Origin: Myxococcota bacterium
Lineage (GTDB): Bacteria; Myxococcota_A; Bradymonadia; UBA4248; JAVFAO01
Assembly: GCA_034002465.1 (NCBI GenBank)
Contig: JAVFAO010000001.1
Location: 1,086 to 65,085, forward strand
Reading direction: 5' to 3'
DNA length: 64,000 nucleotides
In this document: positions 60,838 through 64,000 of the stretch, in pieces
Layout: each line of letters opens with the position of its first letter
Numbering within the stretch: position 1 is the first letter of the stretch
The notes under the pieces: generated by a model
What the model was told of the DNA's origin: nothing
Databases searched by the model: none
Seen by the model: the letters and a program-made list of their open reading frames with translations, nothing else
Position numbers and translations under genes: made by a program

Positions 60838-60995
60838 CGAAAGTGAGCGAAGGGCACGTATCCTCTCGACATTCCGCAGGAACTCGGAGCCAGAGGGCGG
60901 AGAGTCGCTGCGAAGCAAGCCCGAAGGGTGCCCGCCAGAGAACGCGGGCGACAATAGTAGCTGTCGAGAGGTCGGTGCCCGAGAGCGAACGAATG
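60838..60995 (+). promoter_or_regulatory. Conserved 5' leader element, copy C (extended loop)
   Basis: CGAAAGTGAGCGAAGGGcacgtATCCTCTCGAcattccgcaggaactcgg..(88-nt loop in total)..GTCGAGAGGTCGGTGCCCGAGAGCGAACGAATG. An SD gaggaggg and the ATG at 61014 follow. Confidence 0.6.
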
Positions 60996-61013
60996 CGAAA
61001 GAGGAGGGCAGCA

Positions 61014-63518
61014 ATGCAGTGCATCAAACGAGGGGATGTTCGACAGACTTGGCGCAGCGCGCTCGCAGCGCGCGCTTTGCTCTTGGTATCGATGCTATTT
61101 GCATTTGTGCCGCTGGGCTGTGGCACCCTGAGCGAGCTCTCTCTCGATCTGAAGAGCTGTGCGGTCGACGCTGACTGTCCTGACACCCAGCACTGCGTGA
61201 TGGGGTACTGCGTGGAGCAGGCGGATCTCGCTGCCGAGCTGGATCAGGAGCAGCTCTGCGGCGCCATGAGCTGCCCTGAAGGCTATGATTGTTGTGGCAC
61301 GGTCTGCGTCGATCTTGCGAGCTCTTGTTCGATGGGCGAAGGGGGCGAGCAGAATTGTCGTAATCTCGACAACTGTGGACTCTGCGGCCGGGCCTGTGAG
61401 TCTGGTGAAACCTGTGTGGATGGCGCTTGCCTCTGCGGTGCTGTGGAGTGTCCTGCGTCCCAGGGGTGCTGTGACGAGCGCTGCGTCGATCTCTTCGAGG
61501 ATCTCGAGAATTGTGGTGCTTGCGGTCGCGTTTGTGAGGGGCAGACCGACTGCTTCTTGGGACGTTGCGAGTGCTTGTCCTTCACTGGGGGAAGTGAGCC
61601 GTGTGGCCCGGAGCAGAGTTGCTGTCCCAGCAATGGCTGTTTCCGTCTGGACGACGATCCGCGGGCTTGCGGTGCCTGTGGGAGTGAGTGTCAACCGGGG
61701 GAACGCTGCGTCGAAGGGCAATGCGTCTGCGGCGAGGACGGGAATGAGACGCAGTGCACGGGTGGGCAGAGCTGTTGTCAAGGCAGCTGTGTGGCGTCGA
61801 ACGCTCCGGCTTGCGTTTGTGGTGACGCAGGCTTGTGTGGCGTGGGCGAGGGCTGTTGTCTGGGCAGCGACGGTGAGCCGAGTTGCGTCGACCTCGCCAC
61901 GTCCAGTGAGCATTGCGGCGCGTGTGGCGTCGTGTGTGCTGAGGGAAGCCGCTGCGAGGACCGGCGCTGTGTCGCCTATTGTCCGCCAGGGCGCGAGCGC
62001 TGCGATGAGCGCTGCGTGGAGCTCAACAGCGATCCGGAGCATTGCGGCGCTTGCGCGAATGCTTGCCCGGAAGGTGCAGTCTGTGCCGCAGGCGTTTGTG
62101 TGTCGACCTGCCCCGTAGGCTTTGTCGATTGTGATGGTGCCTGCGTCCAGACAGGGCAAGACGTCGAGCACTGTGGGGGCTGCGGGCTCGCCTGCGACGG
62201 TAGTGAGGTCTGTAGTCAAGGGCTGTGCAAGAGCAGCTGTGAGCCGGGGGAGTCCAATTGTGGGGGCGACTGTATCGACTTGGTGTCGAATCGGCTCCAC
62301 TGCGGTACCTGTTTCAACTCATGTGTAGGCGGATTGCTGTGCCAGGGGGGCAAATGTAGCTCCACCTGTGACCCCAACTGGTTCAACTGCGGTGGCTCCT
62401 GCGTGCAGCTCGATCGTGACCGAAACCACTGTGGAAGCTGCGGAAACCAATGCGCTTCAGGTGAGATTTGTCAGGGAGGAGTGTGCCGCTTGAGCTGCCC
62501 GAGTGGACAGCTGATCTGTGGCGGGAGCTGCGTGGATCCCCTGAGCGACAGTCGATTCTGCGGTGCCCGCAGTCCCTGTGACACCGCAAACCGAGGTGAG
62601 GAGTGCGAGGAAGGTGAACTCTGCTTACTCGGGCGATGTGAGGCCAACTGTGGAGGCGGGCTCATCAATTGTGGAGGACTCTGCGTCGATGTCCAGAACA
62701 ACCCATCGCACTGCGGTACCTGCGGGACCGACTGTTCGGAGCTGCCGCATGCACCCAACTCCTACTGCTCTGCTGGCGCGTGCAAGCTTAGATGTGCGGC
62801 GGGCTTTGGAAACTGTAACCAGCAGCTTGCAGACGGTTGTGAGAGCAGCTTGTCGAGCATGAGCCACTGCGGTGCTTGCGGCAAGAGCTGCCCGACGGCC
62901 AGCGGTGTGTCGTGCTCGGGCGGACAATGTGTGTTGAGCTGCTCCTCGAGCACGGTTGACTGCAATGACAACCTAGCGGATGGCTGTGAGACCAACAGCT
63001 CTATCAGCCTCAACAACTGTGGTGGCTGTGGCCGTGTTTGTGCGTCCTATCCCAACGCTTCGCGTTCGTGTGACGCGGGGCAGTGCACCGCCGCCTGTCT
63101 GTCCGGTTTCGCCAACTGCGACTCATCCTTCGAAACGGGCTGCGAGACCGAGCTGTCGACTTCGGCGGCCCACTGTGGGCAGTGTCATCGTCCCTGTACC
63201 AACGAACACGGTGAGTCGGCCTGTGTCAACGGTGAGTGCGTACTCACGTTGCCCTGTGAAGAGGGTTGGGACGATTGTGATGGCGATCCGTGGAATGGCT
63301 GTGAGACTGCGCTCAATACGCCTGAGGATTGCGGAGCGTGCGGGCTGCAATGTGGCCTGGGCGCAAACTGTGAGGCGCAGCTCTGCGTCTGTCCAGACAC
63401 CTCGGGCAGTGGTGAGCTCTGTCCTGTTGGTCACCATTGCATAGGTGATAGCTGTTTTTGCGGGTTCGGAGAGGCCTGCTCTGATGGGGAACCCTGTGTG
63501 GGCGGGCTTTGCCGGTGA
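61014..63518 (+). CDS. Tandem cysteine-rich repeat lipoprotein (Myxococcus-type Cys-rich repeat-like)
   Basis: Lipobox AFVPLGC followed by more than 15 modules of about 38-40 aa with the pattern ..HCGACGxxCxxGxxCxxGxCxxxC.. The element ATG at 60993 is in frame as an alternative start. Confidence 0.75.
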   Translation: MQCIKRGDVRQTWRSALAARALLLVSMLFAFVPLGCGTLSELSLDLKSCAVDADCPDTQHCVMGYCVEQADLAAELDQEQLCGAMSCPEGYDCCGTVCVDLASSCSMGEGGEQNCRNLDNCGLCGRACESGETCVDGACLCGAVECPASQGCCDERCVDLFEDLENCGACGRVCEGQTDCFLGRCECLSFTGGSEPCGPEQSCCPSNGCFRLDDDPRACGACGSECQPGERCVEGQCVCGEDGNETQCTGGQSCCQGSCVASNAPACVCGDAGLCGVGEGCCLGSDGEPSCVDLATSSEHCGACGVVCAEGSRCEDRRCVAYCPPGRERCDERCVELNSDPEHCGACANACPEGAVCAAGVCVSTCPVGFVDCDGACVQTGQDVEHCGGCGLACDGSEVCSQGLCKSSCEPGESNCGGDCIDLVSNRLHCGTCFNSCVGGLLCQGGKCSSTCDPNWFNCGGSCVQLDRDRNHCGSCGNQCASGEICQGGVCRLSCPSGQLICGGSCVDPLSDSRFCGARSPCDTANRGEECEEGELCLLGRCEANCGGGLINCGGLCVDVQNNPSHCGTCGTDCSELPHAPNSYCSAGACKLRCAAGFGNCNQQLADGCESSLSSMSHCGACGKSCPTASGVSCSGGQCVLSCSSSTVDCNDNLADGCETNSSISLNNCGGCGRVCASYPNASRSCDAGQCTAACLSGFANCDSSFETGCETELSTSAAHCGQCHRPCTNEHGESACVNGECVLTLPCEEGWDDCDGDPWNGCETALNTPEDCGACGLQCGLGANCEAQLCVCPDTSGSGELCPVGHHCIGDSCFCGFGEACSDGEPCVGGLCR

Positions 63519-63828
63519 AACGAGCTCTGGGGTGGCGTTGCCGGTTGACATCGCTGCTTCCCAACGAGCCTGCGATGCTTCGGTCGGCAGCGAGCGAAGA
63601 CGCTTCTTGCCAACGGCCTTGCGCCCACAGCAGCGCGTCGATACTCTGTGAGCGGGCGAAATGGGCGTTGAGATTTGACAGCGTTCTGAGCCCATCCTGT
63701 TGGCTTGGCTTGTGCGCAGAGGGAACGCGGAGAGACTACCCCCACGCCTTGAACAAGCACGACAAGGCCGACGTCAGACTGCCTGTATCCTTTCGGGGAT
63801 GCTTTTGGGGAGCGAGTGGAGGTGGCGC

Positions 63829-64000
63829 ATGATGAGACGGGGTTTAGGACTGGGGCTGTTTTTGTGGCTTCTGGGTCTTGCCGCGATTGCTGGAGCCGAA
63901 GAGCTGAAGCTCGAGCTGCTCGATGTGGGGCAGGGTGACTCCATCCTCATCAGCGTGGGTGAGAAGCACGTGCTCATCGATGCCGGTGAGAAGAAGGCCG
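63829..64000 (+). CDS. MBL-fold metallo-hydrolase (ComEC/beta-lactamase-like), N-terminal fragment
   Basis: SD ggagg, MMRRGLGLGLFLWLLGLAAIAG signal, then LELLDVGQGDSILISVGEKHVLIDAGEKK typical of MBL-fold proteins. Runs off the window. Confidence 0.5.
   Translation, partial: MMRRGLGLGLFLWLLGLAAIAGAEELKLELLDVGQGDSILISVGEKHVLIDAGEKKA

Overview
High-GC, gene-dense chromosomal window. I infer a Myxococcota-type genome from the protein repertoire: a MYXO-CTERM-like tail, thrombospondin type 3 repeat and Cys-rich repeat proteins, a Ser/Thr kinase, FHA proteins, and many lipobox lipoproteins. I support about 38 protein genes. Main blocks: a Bat-like MoxR / DUF58 / VWA module with an adjacent DUF4175-like coiled-coil membrane protein, plus a second DUF4175 paralog elsewhere followed by an HExxH/TPR peptidase; a 1234-aa AsmA-like/GT51 transglycosylase fusion; an FGE-sulfatase lipoprotein; a rhomboid protease overlapping an orphan Dam methylase; cyclophilin; an M14 carboxypeptidase; a TSP3-repeat lipoprotein translationally coupled to a radical-SAM/SPASM enzyme with a degenerate SxxxCxxC cluster motif; TrmL; a B12-binding radical SAM; a parvulin-like lipoprotein; an orphan FliQ/SctS-like mini-protein; two tandem flotillins; a 2855-aa polyproline/TPR giant; clpP-tig; an FHA protein; a CRTAC1-like FG-GAP/ASPIC protein; a tandem Cys-rich repeat protein; and an MBL-fold fragment. 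I found no rRNA, tRNA or CRISPR. The most unusual content is non-coding: (1) a 35-36 bp head-to-tail repeat family, about 28 units at 11 loci in both orientations, including in-frame insertions in two genes in different reading frames; (2) a conserved structured element of about 75-160 nt placed immediately 5' of the start codons of three unrelated secreted-protein genes, with a compensatory stem and a variable loop; (3) a roughly 50 bp double-hairpin intergenic repeat present four times.
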